Assembly (NCBI GenBank): GCA_951406725.2
Contig: OX597815.1
Span: 151,838,001 to 151,902,000, forward strand
Reading direction: 5' to 3'
DNA length: 64,000 bases
From: Octopus vulgaris
Lineage: Eukaryota
A program made the position numbers and the translations under genes. This document shows, in pieces, positions 13,207-24,619 of this stretch. The notes under the pieces are model-generated. The model was given only the letters and a program-made list of their open reading frames with translations, had not been told where the DNA came from and did not search any database. Each line of letters opens with the position of its first letter. Position 1 is the stretch's first letter.

Positions 13207-16200
13207 TGTATGTATTTATGACTAGTCATTACTGACTTTAGACTTCAGGCTACAAGGATGCCAAGAATCAGACCAATCTGGAAAACAAGGATTTGGAAGT
13301 TTAAGGACCCTTTGAGCAACTACAGGCTTGTAACATAGAGGGCAACTGGGAATTCCTGTGTGACAGCTTGCTGAGTGCAAAGTACCATCCAGACCTAAGG
13401 AGAAACAGGCCTGAAAGGATTGGAAAAGCGGGGGTAGCAGGGAACTGTATCAGATAGCTTAAAGGAAAACTATGAGATAGGTATATCTAGCCAAGGGAGA
13501 TGCAGAAAAGAATTTTGCCTATGTTCAGTGATGTGAAGACCAAAGACTTGAAGTGTTTTGGATTGTAAGATAATGTGTGAGACAAAATTGTGATGTCATA
13601 GGAGAGAAATGTGTCCAAATGGATGATGGGGGTACTTGCATTTAATGATTCTGCAAAGAAAGCAGCTTGGAAATACCATTATGAAAGACTACTGAAAGTG
13701 GAGAATGAATGGGAGAAGGAGAGTCTACCAAATGTAGACCCAACAGAGGGACCAGCTATCCAAATAGACAGTAGCTTAGTAGATAAAGCAATTAAGGACA
13801 TGAAGACAGTGAAAGCCCCTGACCCATTAGGAATCTCTGCTGAGATGCTTAAAATATCAGAGTAGATATAACTGAATCACTCATATAGTTAATCAGGTTG
13901 TCCACGAGGGAGACATACCTAAAGATTGGTGTAGCAGCATCACAGTCAACCGCTATAAAGTCAAAGGTGACTCCTTAGACAGGAATAATTACAGAGGCAT
14001 CAAACTGCTGGACCAGGTGATGAAAGTTACAGAAAGATTCACAGCTCAGTTAATTAGGGAGATGAGATGCAGTTCAGATTTGTGTCAGGCAGGAGCATGA
14101 CTGATCCTATATTCCTAGTTATGCAAATGTAGGTGAAATTTCTAGCCAAAAATGAACCCCAGTACTTGGCTTTTGTCGACATGGATAAAGCTTTTGATAG
14201 AGTCTCCCACTCCCTTATCTGGTGGTCAATGCAAAAACTAGGAGTAGACAAGTGGCTGGTGAGCTGTTCAAGTAATGTACAGGGATGCTGTCAGTAAAGT
14301 GAAGGTTGGCAACGAGTATAGCGAGGAATTCAGGGTAGATGTAGGGGTTCACCAAGGATCAGTTCTCAGGCCCCCGTTGTTCATCATAATCCTCCAGGCA
14401 ATAAAAGAGGAATTTAAGACAGGATGCCCCTGGGAGCACCTCTATGTTGATGACCTTGTTCTTATAGTTGAATCACTAACAGAACTATAAATTTGAGACA
14501 TGGAGGCAAGGTTTAGAATTAAAGGGCCTTAGTGTTAATCTAGCAAAGACCAAAGTCTTAGTAAGTAGGAATGCAAATAAATCACAAATCACTTCAGACA
14601 GATAGTCCTGCTCTATCTGTAGGAAAGGTGTTGTTAGACACTCCATAAGATGTACCTGGTACAAGCTATGGACACATAAGAGGTGCAGCAATATCAGAGG
14701 AAGGTTAACTGGGAAAATGGCTTTTGTGTGAGGAAGGTGCACAGGTACAATAAACACTGAAAATGTACAGAAAATAGACCCCATCAACTGCCAGTGGAGC
14801 AAGCTAAAGGTAATAGATAGCTTCCGTTATTTAGGTGACTGAGTTAGTAATGGAGGTGGATGCTCTGAGAGTGTAGCTGTGAGAATAAGAATAGGGTGGG
14901 CAAAGTTCAGAGAGCTCCTACCTCTGCTAGCAACAAAGGGCCTCTCCCCAGAGTGAAAGGCAGATTGTATGATGCCTGTGTACAAACAGCCATGCTACAC
15001 AGTAGTGAAACATGGACAGTGACAGCCGACAACATGCGTAGGCTTGAAAGAAATGAGGCCAGTACGCTTTGCCGGATGTGCAATGTCAGTGTGCATGTAT
15101 GACAGAGTGTAAGCATCTTGAAAGAACAGTTGGGCATAAGAGGTATCTGATGTGGTGTGCAAGAGAGACAACTGCACTGGTATGGTCATGTGATGTGCAT
15201 GACCGAGGACAGATGTGTAAAGAAGTACTGCTTTCTAACTGTGGAGGGAACCCATGGTAGAGGTAGATCCAAGAAAACATGGAACAAGGTGGTTCAAACT
15301 TTGGACCCTGATGGAGGCAATGATTGGTGACCAAGACCTTTGGTAATATGCTGTGCTTGAGAAGGCCTGTCAAGTCAAGTGAAATTATAGTCGTGGCTGA
15401 TGCTGGTGTTATATAACTGGTACCTTTTGCCAAACTGATAGACCAAGCAAGAGCAATCCATAGGAATGGTTGGATTATGAGAGTAGAGATTGAAGAAATT
15501 CAGAGAAACATAAAACAGAGCAGAAGGAGAGTGAAACAGCAGAAGCAGAAAGTGGTAATGAGTAAGAGATGAGGAACATGAGAGAGAGGGAAACCGCAGA
15601 GTACCAGAGAATACCGATAAAGTAACTAATGAAGACGATCTAGATGGACAAGTGACAGTAAGTATTGCACAAGGCTTGAATGATTAAGAAAAGGAAGTTT
15701 TAGGAATGTTGTGAGGTAAAATGTCTGATGGGAACAATGAAGTACCACCAAATGTAAGATTTATGAACAGAAAACAAGTGAGGAGAACCACAGGCAAAGT
15801 TAATGATGTTTTAAGCTTCATTAAAGCAGGAAACATCAGTGAAACAACCAGTGAAACAACCAGTTAATCATAACTGCTGCTAATGTCGTAGCTAACAGTA
15901 AGCTAAAAGCGAAACCTGAAGATATAAGAGCGAATGAAAAGAAAGAACCAAACTGGAGGAAGGGAATATGAATGAAGCCAGAAACGACATGGTAAGAACT
16001 GCGGCGATTGAATAGGATAATGAGAGCTGAAGAATAAGGTAGCAATCAAAAAATTGAATGGACAGTACAGGTTAGAAGAAAGGAGAAAAGAAACAGTTGA
16101 TGAAGAATTGACATAAAAGGTGACAGCATTAAAGGCCAAATTAAAAAGATATGATGCAAGATGCAAAGGTTTTGAACAGAATAGACTGTTCCACTCAAAT

Positions 16201-16530
16201 AGAAGACATCTATTTGAGAAAATAGAGGAAGGTCAACTCCAAGCCTATCGACAAAATCAAAACCAAACAATGTGCATGTGCAAAATAAATAAAAAAACTG
16301 GCGACAATTTACCCATTGCACCCTGTATATATGTATGTACATATATATATATGCATATATATAAGTAAGAAGAAAAATAAGCAAAAATGCACATTGGAAA
16401 TCAAAAAAAGTAAAGGTTTTTTATGAAAAGTAACAATAGATATATACAATTAGATGAACTGAGGTAGGAATAAATGCAATAAAAGTCATTATTGTGAATT
16501 GTTAAAGAGATTCAAAAGCATACCAGTTTC

Positions 16531-16604
<74 letters not shown>

Positions 16605-16932
16605 ACCACCTTCGGTCATGAATGACCATGGGATTGCACCTAGAAAGTTACCCTCCTAGACACAAGTCCGGGCAAGGTTGTTTATGGAAGACCAGCAGTC
16701 GCCCATGCATACCAGCCTCCCCTCTCCACATCACCAGTGTTATCCAAGGGAAAGACAAAGGTCGATACAGCTTGGCACCTGTGACGTCGCAACTCATTTC
16801 TACAGCTGAGTGAACTGGAGCAACGTGAAATAAAGTGCCTTGCTCAAGAACACAACACGCAGCCTGGTCCGGGATTCGAGCTCACAACCTCACGATCGTA
16901 AGCTCGACGCTCTAGCCACTGAGCCATGCGCC

Positions 16933-16986
<54 letters not shown>

Positions 16987-17036
16987 TTTTTTGCGTAATG
17001 AGATAAAAAAAATCAAGGCTGTATAGATATTAGAGC

Positions 17037-17070
<34 letters not shown>

Positions 17071-18494
17071 TTCAAGATTCAAGTAAATCAGGTACCTAAA
17101 CAGTAAAGCACCATGTTCAGGTCAAAGAAATAACAGTCATGTACAAAAGAAAATTAGAGCAACATATATGTACATACTGAAGTACAGATGGATTAGTATT
17201 CCAGTTGTATATACAATCACAAGAGCCTGGCTGAATATGCCACAAGTCTCATACATAATGTTGATTCTTGGAACGTTTTTTAAGATGTTTAATCTATGTA
17301 TATTCTCAAATATACATTGAAGAAAGGGTTTTTTTTATCATGATGTAATAACTCTATTCATCAACAAAAAGATCATTGAAATAGCTGTAGTGAACGACCC
17401 AATTTCCATCTGTTGTTATTTATACATACATGGCACTCTGTTGGTTACAAAGACGAGGGTTCTAGTTGATCCAATCAATGGAACAGCCTGCTCAGGAAAT
17501 TAACATGCAAGTGGCTGAGCACTGCACAGACACATGTACCCTTAATGTAGTTCTTGGGGAAATTCAGCGTGACACAGAGTGTGACAAAGCCGGCCCTTCG
17601 AAATACAGGTACAACAGAAAACAGGAAGAAAGAGTGAGAGAAAGTTTTGGGGAAAGAATACAGCAGGGTTCACCACCATCCCCTGCTGGAGCCACATGGA
17701 GCTTTAGGTGTTTTCGCTCAATAAACACTCACAACACCCTCCTGGTCTGGGAATTGAAACCATGATCCTATGACTGCAAGTCTGCTGCCCTAACCACTGG
17801 ACTAGTGCACCTCCACATACATACATACATACATACATACATACATACATACATACATACATACATACATACATACATACATACATACATACATACATAC
17901 ATACATACATACATACATACATACATACATACATACATACATACATACATACATACATACATACATACATACATTTACATACAAAACAAGCTCCTCACAG
18001 TTTCCACCTGCCAAATTCACTCACAAGGCATTGGTTGGTCCGTGGCTATTGAAGGAATTGATGTAATCACTTGGCTCATCACCTAATATTGCTATCCTCA
18101 CACCAAAATTTGAAGCTGAATGCAATGAGCAGGAGAAATCTTTAGCAGGACAAAATACCTGGCTGCGTTCCTTCTTAATTTTTATACACCTAAGTTGGCT
18201 TTGCCTTTCATTCTTTCAGGGTTGATAAAATAAGCACCAGATGAATGCTATGGCCAATGCAATCAGTTTACCCCCCATTAAAATTGTTGTCCTCATGCAA
18301 AAATTTGAAACCATATTAGAACTAGATGTGTTCTTCCATTTATTCTTTCAAGAAAATCTGTAGAAAATTGGTTGAAAAAAAGCTGAAAGGATCTTGGACT
18401 TACCTAATGCTTCAAAATAACAAAAACATTTCTTTTGTAGGGTAAAGATGATGACTATAAACAGGAAAGTGTTGGCATTGAAGCAAACCATCAT
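7297..18494 (-). CDS. Three-exon gene for a 118-aa secreted Cys-rich SVWC/vWC-like protein, join(18404..18494,7940..8048,7297..7453)
   Basis: Exons splice in frame via GT-AG (phase 1 then phase 2), 357 nt total: MMVCFNANTFLFIVIIFTLQKKCFCYFEALGCPPTVSKDQFWQDANCHYCLCIFNKNVNKTTRFCSDCGDLKVKKIRNCYPARVEPNAAYPRCCKYKYICRGDPEFDARKLISNKIVF*. Hydrophobic N-terminus; W-x4-C-x2-C-x-C and YPxCC-x5-C motifs resemble single-domain vWC proteins. Confidence 0.8.
7680..7908 (+). mobile_element. piggyBac-type MITE (second copy at 50528-50758)
   Basis: TTAA-CCC...(A/G)GG-TTAA; the two copies are clearly homologous. Confidence 0.75.
7940..8048 (-). CDS. SVWC-like gene exon 2
   Basis: tttctcattgtgccag acceptor, GTAAGA donor; encodes (G)CPPTVSKDQFWQDANCHYCLCIFNKNVNKTTRFCS(D). 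Confidence 0.85.
9332..10212 (+). mobile_element. Internally deleted IS630-Tc1-mariner element (maT/DD37D-like)
   Basis: Ends agggtgca...tgcaccctg(ta); remnants of KHPVNIIVFGVITSD, WP(F)NSPD.N(P)L..W.AVE. Confidence 0.7.
10231..12880 (-). mobile_element. RTE-clade LINE, 5' truncated (about 2.6 kb), (GAT)n tail
   Basis: NYRGIKLL, QFGFMPGKSTTD, DMEKAFNKVPR, HQGSVL, YADD (YADDL on the minus strand near 11750), C-terminal WYRHVVRM...GRGRPRKTW; tail at 10231. Confidence 0.9.
13470..15425 (+). mobile_element. RTE-clade LINE fragment, same family, opposite orientation
   Basis: ENEWEKESLPNVDPTEGPAI, VGVHQGSVL, LYVDDL, LYDACVQTAMLHSSETW; many stops. Confidence 0.88.
15450..16245 (+). mobile_element. 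R4/Dong-like LINE fragment (region upstream of RT)
   Basis: KAKLKRYDARCKGFEQNRLFHSNRRHLFEKI resembles the pre-RT motif of R4/Dong ORFs. Confidence 0.6.
16602..16937 (-). mobile_element. Young tRNA-derived SINE inserted in (TA)n
   Basis: A box TGGCTCAGTGG and B box GCTCGAATCC; CORE-like ttgagcaaggcacttta segment; CpGs retained. Confidence 0.8.
17190..17400 (+). mobile_element. Possible Penelope RT remnant
   Basis: YHDVITLFIN resembles SFDVVSLFTN; weak. Confidence 0.25.
17430..17815 (-). mobile_element. tRNA-derived SINE (further family)
   Basis: Head gtccagtggttagggcagcagac...ggtttcaattcccagaccagg adjoining (TACA)n. Confidence 0.7.
17815..17980. repeat. (TACA)n microsatellite, about 40 units; many others: (TG)n 150-250 and 51575-51655, (CA)n 8360-8445, (TA)n 16530-16600, (CAC/CAT)n 19078-19180, (TATG)n 60438-60495
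   Basis: Directly visible. Confidence 0.97.
18404..18494 (-). CDS. SVWC-like gene exon 1 (ATG + signal peptide)
   Basis: ATG at 18494, 30 codons + 1 nt, donor GTAAGT; phase 1 matches the 8048 acceptor. Linkage across the 10.4 kb intron is inferred. Confidence 0.7.
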
Positions 18495-19586
18495 TGTTGT
18501 GAATATTTGGTTGGCTTTCAAGTAAATCAGAAAGAGTTATATATATATGTATGTATTAGGGTTAGGGTTAGATGCATGTATGTATGTATCTATGTGTGTG
18601 TGCGTGTATATATATATATGTGTGTGTGCGTGTGTGTGTATATGCATGTATGTATGTATATATATGTATGAGTGTATATGTATATATATGTATACACATA
18701 CACACACACGTGTGCGCACACATGCATACAGATGCACACACACATATAAAAGGTACATCTGAAGAGGAAATTATAGGAAATCAAAAACTAATTATGAATA
18801 TATATATTATGAATACACACACACACACGCACACACACACATGCACACACACACATACATACAAGAATGCAAGCTTTTGTGTGCCTCTGTGTGTGTGTGT
18901 GTGTATGTGTGTATGCTGTTAGTGAGAAGGTGAGGGAAGTTGTCACACCTTTATGTCACATGACAAACTCTATTAACAAAAGAAATTTATTTATTTCTCT
19001 GTGCTTTCTTCATTGTTTCTTTCCTTTCTATGTTTTACTTAATGTCTGAGTCAACAGTCTCAAAGACAAAAACGAACTGCCACCACCACTGCCACCACTA
19101 CCACCAACACCATCATCATCATCACCATCACCACCACCACCACCACCACCATCACCATCATCATCATCATCATCATCATTGTCGTCGCCGTCGTCCTTTA
19201 ATGACTGTATTCCATGCAAAAATGTATATGTATATCATCATCACCATCACTTGTCTATGCTAGCATGGGTAGGACAGTTTGACCAGCACTGGCAAGCTGG
19301 GGAGCTGCGCCAGGCTCCAGTCTGATTTGGCATGGTTTCCGCTGCTGGACGCTCTTCCCAATGCCAGAGGAGGCATACAAGGAAACCAAACGAAAACAAA
19401 CATGGAGAGTCGTTAGACTGGAATGAGAGGAAAATAGTGAACACTGGGGGAAAAGATAGAAGAGGGAGAAAAAACACATCTGCTCTTTTGAACGTCTGTG
19501 CAGGAAAAGAAAGATGGTCACATGGGGAAAAGAAAGATGGACAATGGTTATGTGTGAGCAACGAGAGAGAGAGAGAAAGAGAAAGA

Positions 19587-19621
<35 letters not shown>

Positions 19622-20285
19622 TACAAAAAAACTGAAGGAGGGAGAGGGAGAAAAAGAGAATTAGAGAAGGATGGAGGAAGAAAACATCACAGAGTAGATT
19701 GTTGCATCAAAAAGGAGAAGAAAACTTACTTGGAAATGGATGTGTCGTGTATATATATATATATATATACAACAGGCTTCTTTCAGTTTCTGTGTACCAA
19801 ATCCACTCACAAGGCTTTGCTCAGCCTGAGACTATAGAAGACATTTGCCCAAGGTGCAATGCAATATGACTTAACCTGGAACCATGTCGTTTGGAGGTAA
19901 GCTTCTTATTTCTTTATTGCCCACAAGGGGCTAAACTTAGAGGGGATAAACAGGGACACACAAAGAGATTAAGTCGATTACATCGACCCTAGTGCATAAC
20001 TGGTACTTTATTTATTGACCCCGAAAGGATGAAAGGCAAAGTTGACCTCGGAGGAATTTGAACACAGAATGTAACGGCAGACGAAATACCGCTAAGCATT
20101 TTGCCCAGCATGCTAACGTTTCTGCCAGCTCGCCGCCTTTTACTTGGAGGTAAGCTTCTTACCAAACAGTCACTCCTGTGCCTGAGGAATGAATATATTC
20201 CTGTTATTCAACAACGAAGCAGAAATACATTTTACTTTTGTTTTGCATGTGGGAGAGTGAGTGTGAGTGTGGGCGTGTACTTTAT

Positions 20286-20328
<43 letters not shown>

Positions 20329-20330
20329 TT

Positions 20331-20417
20331 TAACCTGATGAGTGACTATTTATATCGAAGTGATTTCTCTACCACTATAATCATTTCTTAAATATAGCCA
20401 CGAAACACGTGTCGTTA
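20331..20417 (+). ncRNA. Minimal type I hammerhead ribozyme (intact core)
   Basis: taac-CTGATGA-gtgactat...atagccac-GAAA-cacgt-GTC-gtta: all conserved core residues, stem I 4 bp, long stem II closed by G-C, palindromic stem III; predicted cut after 20413. Confidence 0.8.
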
Positions 20418-20662
20418 TTCTACAATTTATATACGTTAATATTATTATTATTTTTTTTGCAATTTACTTAATATTTGACATTTTATTGTTATTTTAATGT
20501 TAATATTTCTATTTAGTGTAATTTAATTGTTCATTTTGAATTGATAAAAGGTTTTTCTTTTTCTAATTTTTTATGTATATATTATATAGTGTGAAATTTG
20601 ATTTAGTATTTCTAAATTGAATTTTTTTCCTTTTAGATTTTATTCCCTCAAATTTTAATAAT

Positions 20663-20694
<32 letters not shown>

Positions 20695-21714
20695 GTACAA
20701 CTTGATTGGCACCTGTGCTGGTGGCACGTAAAAAGCACCATTCGAGCGCAGTCAATGCTAGTACTACCTGACTGTTTCTGAGCTGGTGGCACATAAACAC
20801 ACCAGCATCAATTGTCAAGTGATGGTGGTGGTGGTGGTGGTGGTGGTGGGGGGGGGCAAACACAGACATACATACACACATACAAACACAGATATGTACA
20901 TATATATATATATATGATGGGTTTCTTTCAGTTTCCATCTACCAAATCCACTCATAAGGCTTTGGTCGGCCTGAGGCTATAGTAGAATACCCTTGCCCAA
21001 CATGCTACACAGTGGGACTGAACCCAGAACCATGTGGTTGGTAAGCAAGCTACATACCACATACCCACTCCTGCGCCTACATTTATATATTATATATTAT
21101 TTACTATACATATATATATCTATGTGTGCGTGTGTCTTTGTGTCTGTGTTCATCTCCCACCATCACTTGACAACCAATGTTGGTCTTTTTATATCCCTGT
21201 AGCTTAGTGGTTCAGCAAAAGAGACTAATAGATATTGAGCTTAGAAAAAAAAAATTACTGAGGTTGATTCATTTGACTAAAAACTCTTCAAAGCAATGCC
21301 CCAGCTTGGCCACAGTCTAATGACTGAAACAAGTAAAATGAAAAGGATAAAAAGATTCAAAGAATCGGGAGATAAACAACTCCATAATTAAATGGAATTA
21401 ATATGCAAACATGGAATTATACAACAGCTGTAGAAGCAATTACAATTTATTTTAATTTACTCATGTTTAATTAGAATTTTAAGTTATTTATGTCTGCCTG
21501 CCAATATCTGGCATTCATATCATAATTGGCAAAAAAAAAACCCATTTGAAATTTGCATTTCTCTACAAGTCACATATATTATGTCCTTTATTCAATAGTC
21601 AGTCACTGCTGGCCAGGCCACATTCTGTGTTAGACTTTACCTTGAAAATTGGTATTAGTGTATATTTGGAAACCATAATCCCCCATCACTCCCTCTCACA
21701 AATAGTAATAATGT

Positions 21715-21760
<46 letters not shown>

Positions 21761-21837
21761 AATAATAATAATAATAACAATAATAATAATAACCAAAGCA
21801 TTCTGAGTGGATTTGGTAGATGGAAACTAAAAGAAGC

Positions 21838-21882
<45 letters not shown>

Positions 21883-21929
21883 CTGTGTTTGTATGTGTGT
21901 ATACTGCTCAATACCACAGATTTGCTAAT

Positions 21930-22465
21930 GTCCTGATGCAGTACCAGACATTGGCTTTCATGGCTTCTGATTTTAACTGATTGGAAGTGTTATCATGTAC
22001 ATTGTTTTGTCTTGGTATAAAAGATGGGCTAAAGCAAATATTCTGCTCATTACCACAGATTTGCTTGTCAGTTGTTTGACCTTAACCAGTTGAACATGTC
22101 CCTTAGTGGCTGACGATATGTGCATCTCTGATCATGAGCAGAAGTAGTGGGGGAGCATCATAGCCATGTGTTGAGAGGGATTCTTTGGGGTTTGAATAAT
22201 TCACCTCTGGAAACATGGGTGGTTCTTTCAACATCCTTAAACAACCCTTATTCAGGGACCGTTTGAGCGGGATGGGCTACTCAGCCAGTAGAAAATTGTA
22301 ACTGGGCCCCATCTGCTGTTTATCTTGATATGAGATCACCATGTTGCGCACATATGGTTGTGATGCATGTGCCTAGTGTACCCGGGTAGTCATGATGGGT
22401 TTGCTGGGCTTCGTATATTTAACCCCAGTGTCACTTTGATGGCATGCACTGCTCTCTCACTCAAT
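21930..22465. repeat. Unclassified approximately 0.5 kb interspersed repeat (second copy 25272-25790; partial 22653-22886)
   Basis: Clear homology between copies; one end abuts (TAA)n; no coding signature recognised. Confidence 0.75.
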
Positions 22466-22479
22466 AATAATAATAATAA

Positions 22480-23420
22480 TAACGATACTACAAAAGTTGA
22501 CATGATAGGGTAGGGCAGTATTTACATTGGAAAATATGTAAACATTACAATATCAGCACTCCTGCTAACTTGTATGAACATCATCCTGAGCCCGTTATTG
22601 AAGGTAAGAATTATTTCTGTAAAGGAATTTGACAAATTAAGTAAATATAAGGACATGTCCCTTAGTGGCTGACGATATGTGCATCTCTGATCATGAGCAG
22701 AAGTAGTGGGGAGCATCATAGCCATGTGTTGAGAGGGATTCTTTGGGGTTTGAATAATTCACCTCTGGAAACATGGGTGGTTCTTTCAACATCCTTAAAC
22801 AACCCTTATTCAGGGACTGTTTGAGCGGGATGGACTACTCAGCCAGTAGAAAATTGTAACTGGGCCCCATCTGCTGTTTATCTTGACACGTAAAAACACC
22901 ATCCGTTCGTGGCCGTTCGCCAGCTCTGTCTGGCACCTGTGCAGGTGGCACGTAACAAACACCCACTACACTCGCGGAGTGGTTGGCGTTAGGAAGGGCA
23001 TCCAGCCGTAGAAACACTGCCAAATCTGACTGGGCCTGATGAAGCCTTCCGGCTTCACAGACCCCAGTTAAACGTCCAACCCATGCTAGCATGGAAAACG
23101 GACGCTAAATGATGATGATGATGATGATGAAGGACCTGAAAATTGAAATAGAAAAGATGTGGCATCTTAAAGTGAGAACTTTTCTTGTTATTGTGGGTGT
23201 CCTGGGTATGATAAGCAATGGATGTCTGAAACATCTAGATAATATCCCAGGAGAACCATGTCTCAGAGAAATCCAAAAGATAATGCTGCTAAGTACTGCT
23301 CACAGCCTTAGTAAAGCACTATCAGTTTAAATGTCTGTGTTGTATTACAAGGAGATATTTCACTACTGCCCCTGCTACTTCCCCTCCCGAAGCTTCAGTC
23401 ATACTGTAACATCTCTTATC
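22480..23420 (+). mobile_element. R4/Dong-like 3' fragment interrupted by an insertion at 22655-23135
   Basis: HDRVGQYLHWKICKHYNISTPANLYEHHPEPVIEG...KEFDKLSKYKD | LKIEIEKMWHLK...IVGVLG...TAHSLSKAL*. Confidence 0.8.
22887..23130 (+). mobile_element. Short RTE 3' end (SINE-like; also at about 520-800 +, 4126-4367 -, 19170-19385 -, 41925-42200 +)
   Basis: Conserved cactacactctcggagtggttggcgttaggaagggcatccag...gcatggaaa(a/g)cggacgttaaa(c)gatgatg 3' end. Confidence 0.8.
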
Positions 23421-23496
23421 CTTCACTCACCTTAAGATGCTGGGTGTGCCTCGGCAAGTGATCGTAACAAACATGCAGATTAAAAGTAAATAATCA

Positions 23497-24218
23497 TGGT
23501 CATCGTCATCATCGTCATTGTTTAACATCCTCTTTCCATACTGGCATGGGTTGGACTGTTTGATAGAGGGCTGGTGAGCTAGAAGGCTGCACCAGGCACC
23601 AATCTGATCTGGCAATGTTTCTACAGCTGGATGCCCTTCCTAATGCCAACCACTCCGAGAGTGTAGTGGGTGATTTTTACATGCCACTAGCATGAGGGCC
23701 AGTCAGGTGGTACTAGCATCGACCATGCTTGAATAGTGCTTTTTACATACCACTGGCACAGGTGCCAAGTGCCAATCAGGTGGTACTGTCATCAGCCATA
23801 ATAATGACTTCACTGGCCACAACAGGTCTTCACAAGTGCAGTTTATTGCCCAATGATTGAAGGGTACTCTTAAATGGGCTGGTTATGCTGCACTGGCATA
23901 GGCCACAGTTACGGTCTCACTTGACTTGCTGGGTCTTCTTATATACAGTATATCTCCAAAGGTCTCAGTCACTTACCATCACCTTGGTGAGGCCCAGCGT
24001 TCAAAGGTGTGATGCAATGGGAAGCATCTTATCCCAGGACTTCCTGGGTCTACCTGTTCCACCAGTTCCCTCTACTGCTTGGGTGTGAAACTTTTTCACC
24101 CAGCTGTCCTCATCTATATGCAATACGTGACCAGCACAATCATCTCTCTGGCACACCACATCTGATGCTTTTTATGTCCAACTTTTCTCTCAGGATGCTT
24201 ACACTGTCATGTATGCAC
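23497..24218 (-). mobile_element. RTE 3' fragment
   Basis: Matches the 3' ORF end and UTR of the 10.2 kb copy; (GAT)n tail. Confidence 0.8.
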
Positions 24219-24232
24219 AAATAATAATAATG

Positions 24233-24269
<37 letters not shown>

Positions 24270-24284
24270 TAATCAACAATAAAT

Positions 24285-24600
24285 CTCTGAGCGAGATATA
24301 AACAGTAGCTGCACAATATCATGAAGTATATTTGCCACTTGAATGTGGCTAACCCTTAAGGGTAGATGCTACTGTTGCTTGTAGCCCCCAGAAGACACCT
24401 CCTCCAGAAACTTGGGTCCATATGTATCACGTCAGGTTGGAGATGGGAAGGATGGCTTCCCTTTGTAAATACTGATAGGGCACAGAAAATGTGTCAATAG
24501 CCAGCTGGAGGTGTCTTCCTGGGGCTACAAGCAACAGTAGCATCCACCCTTAAGGATTAGCCACATTTGGAAGTGGAAAATATACTTCACAATAATAATA
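24285..24600. repeat. Older inverted-repeat copy of the 36.3 kb family
   Basis: About 90 bp arms around a spacer starting ccaGAAActtggGTC (3' half of the hammerhead); followed by (AAT)n. Confidence 0.7.
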
Positions 24601-24619
24601 ATAATAATAATAATCATAA

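Noticed and set aside
16860-16937. tRNA-like sequence with A/B boxes
   Set aside because: SINE head followed by a SINE body; no full cloverleaf recognised.
17704-18086. ORFs such as MYVCMYVC, HTYIHTYI, poly-His and poly-Ile/Tyr (also 77-347, 6435-6647, 19028-19263, 29055-29282)
   Set aside because: Translations of microsatellites, not genes.
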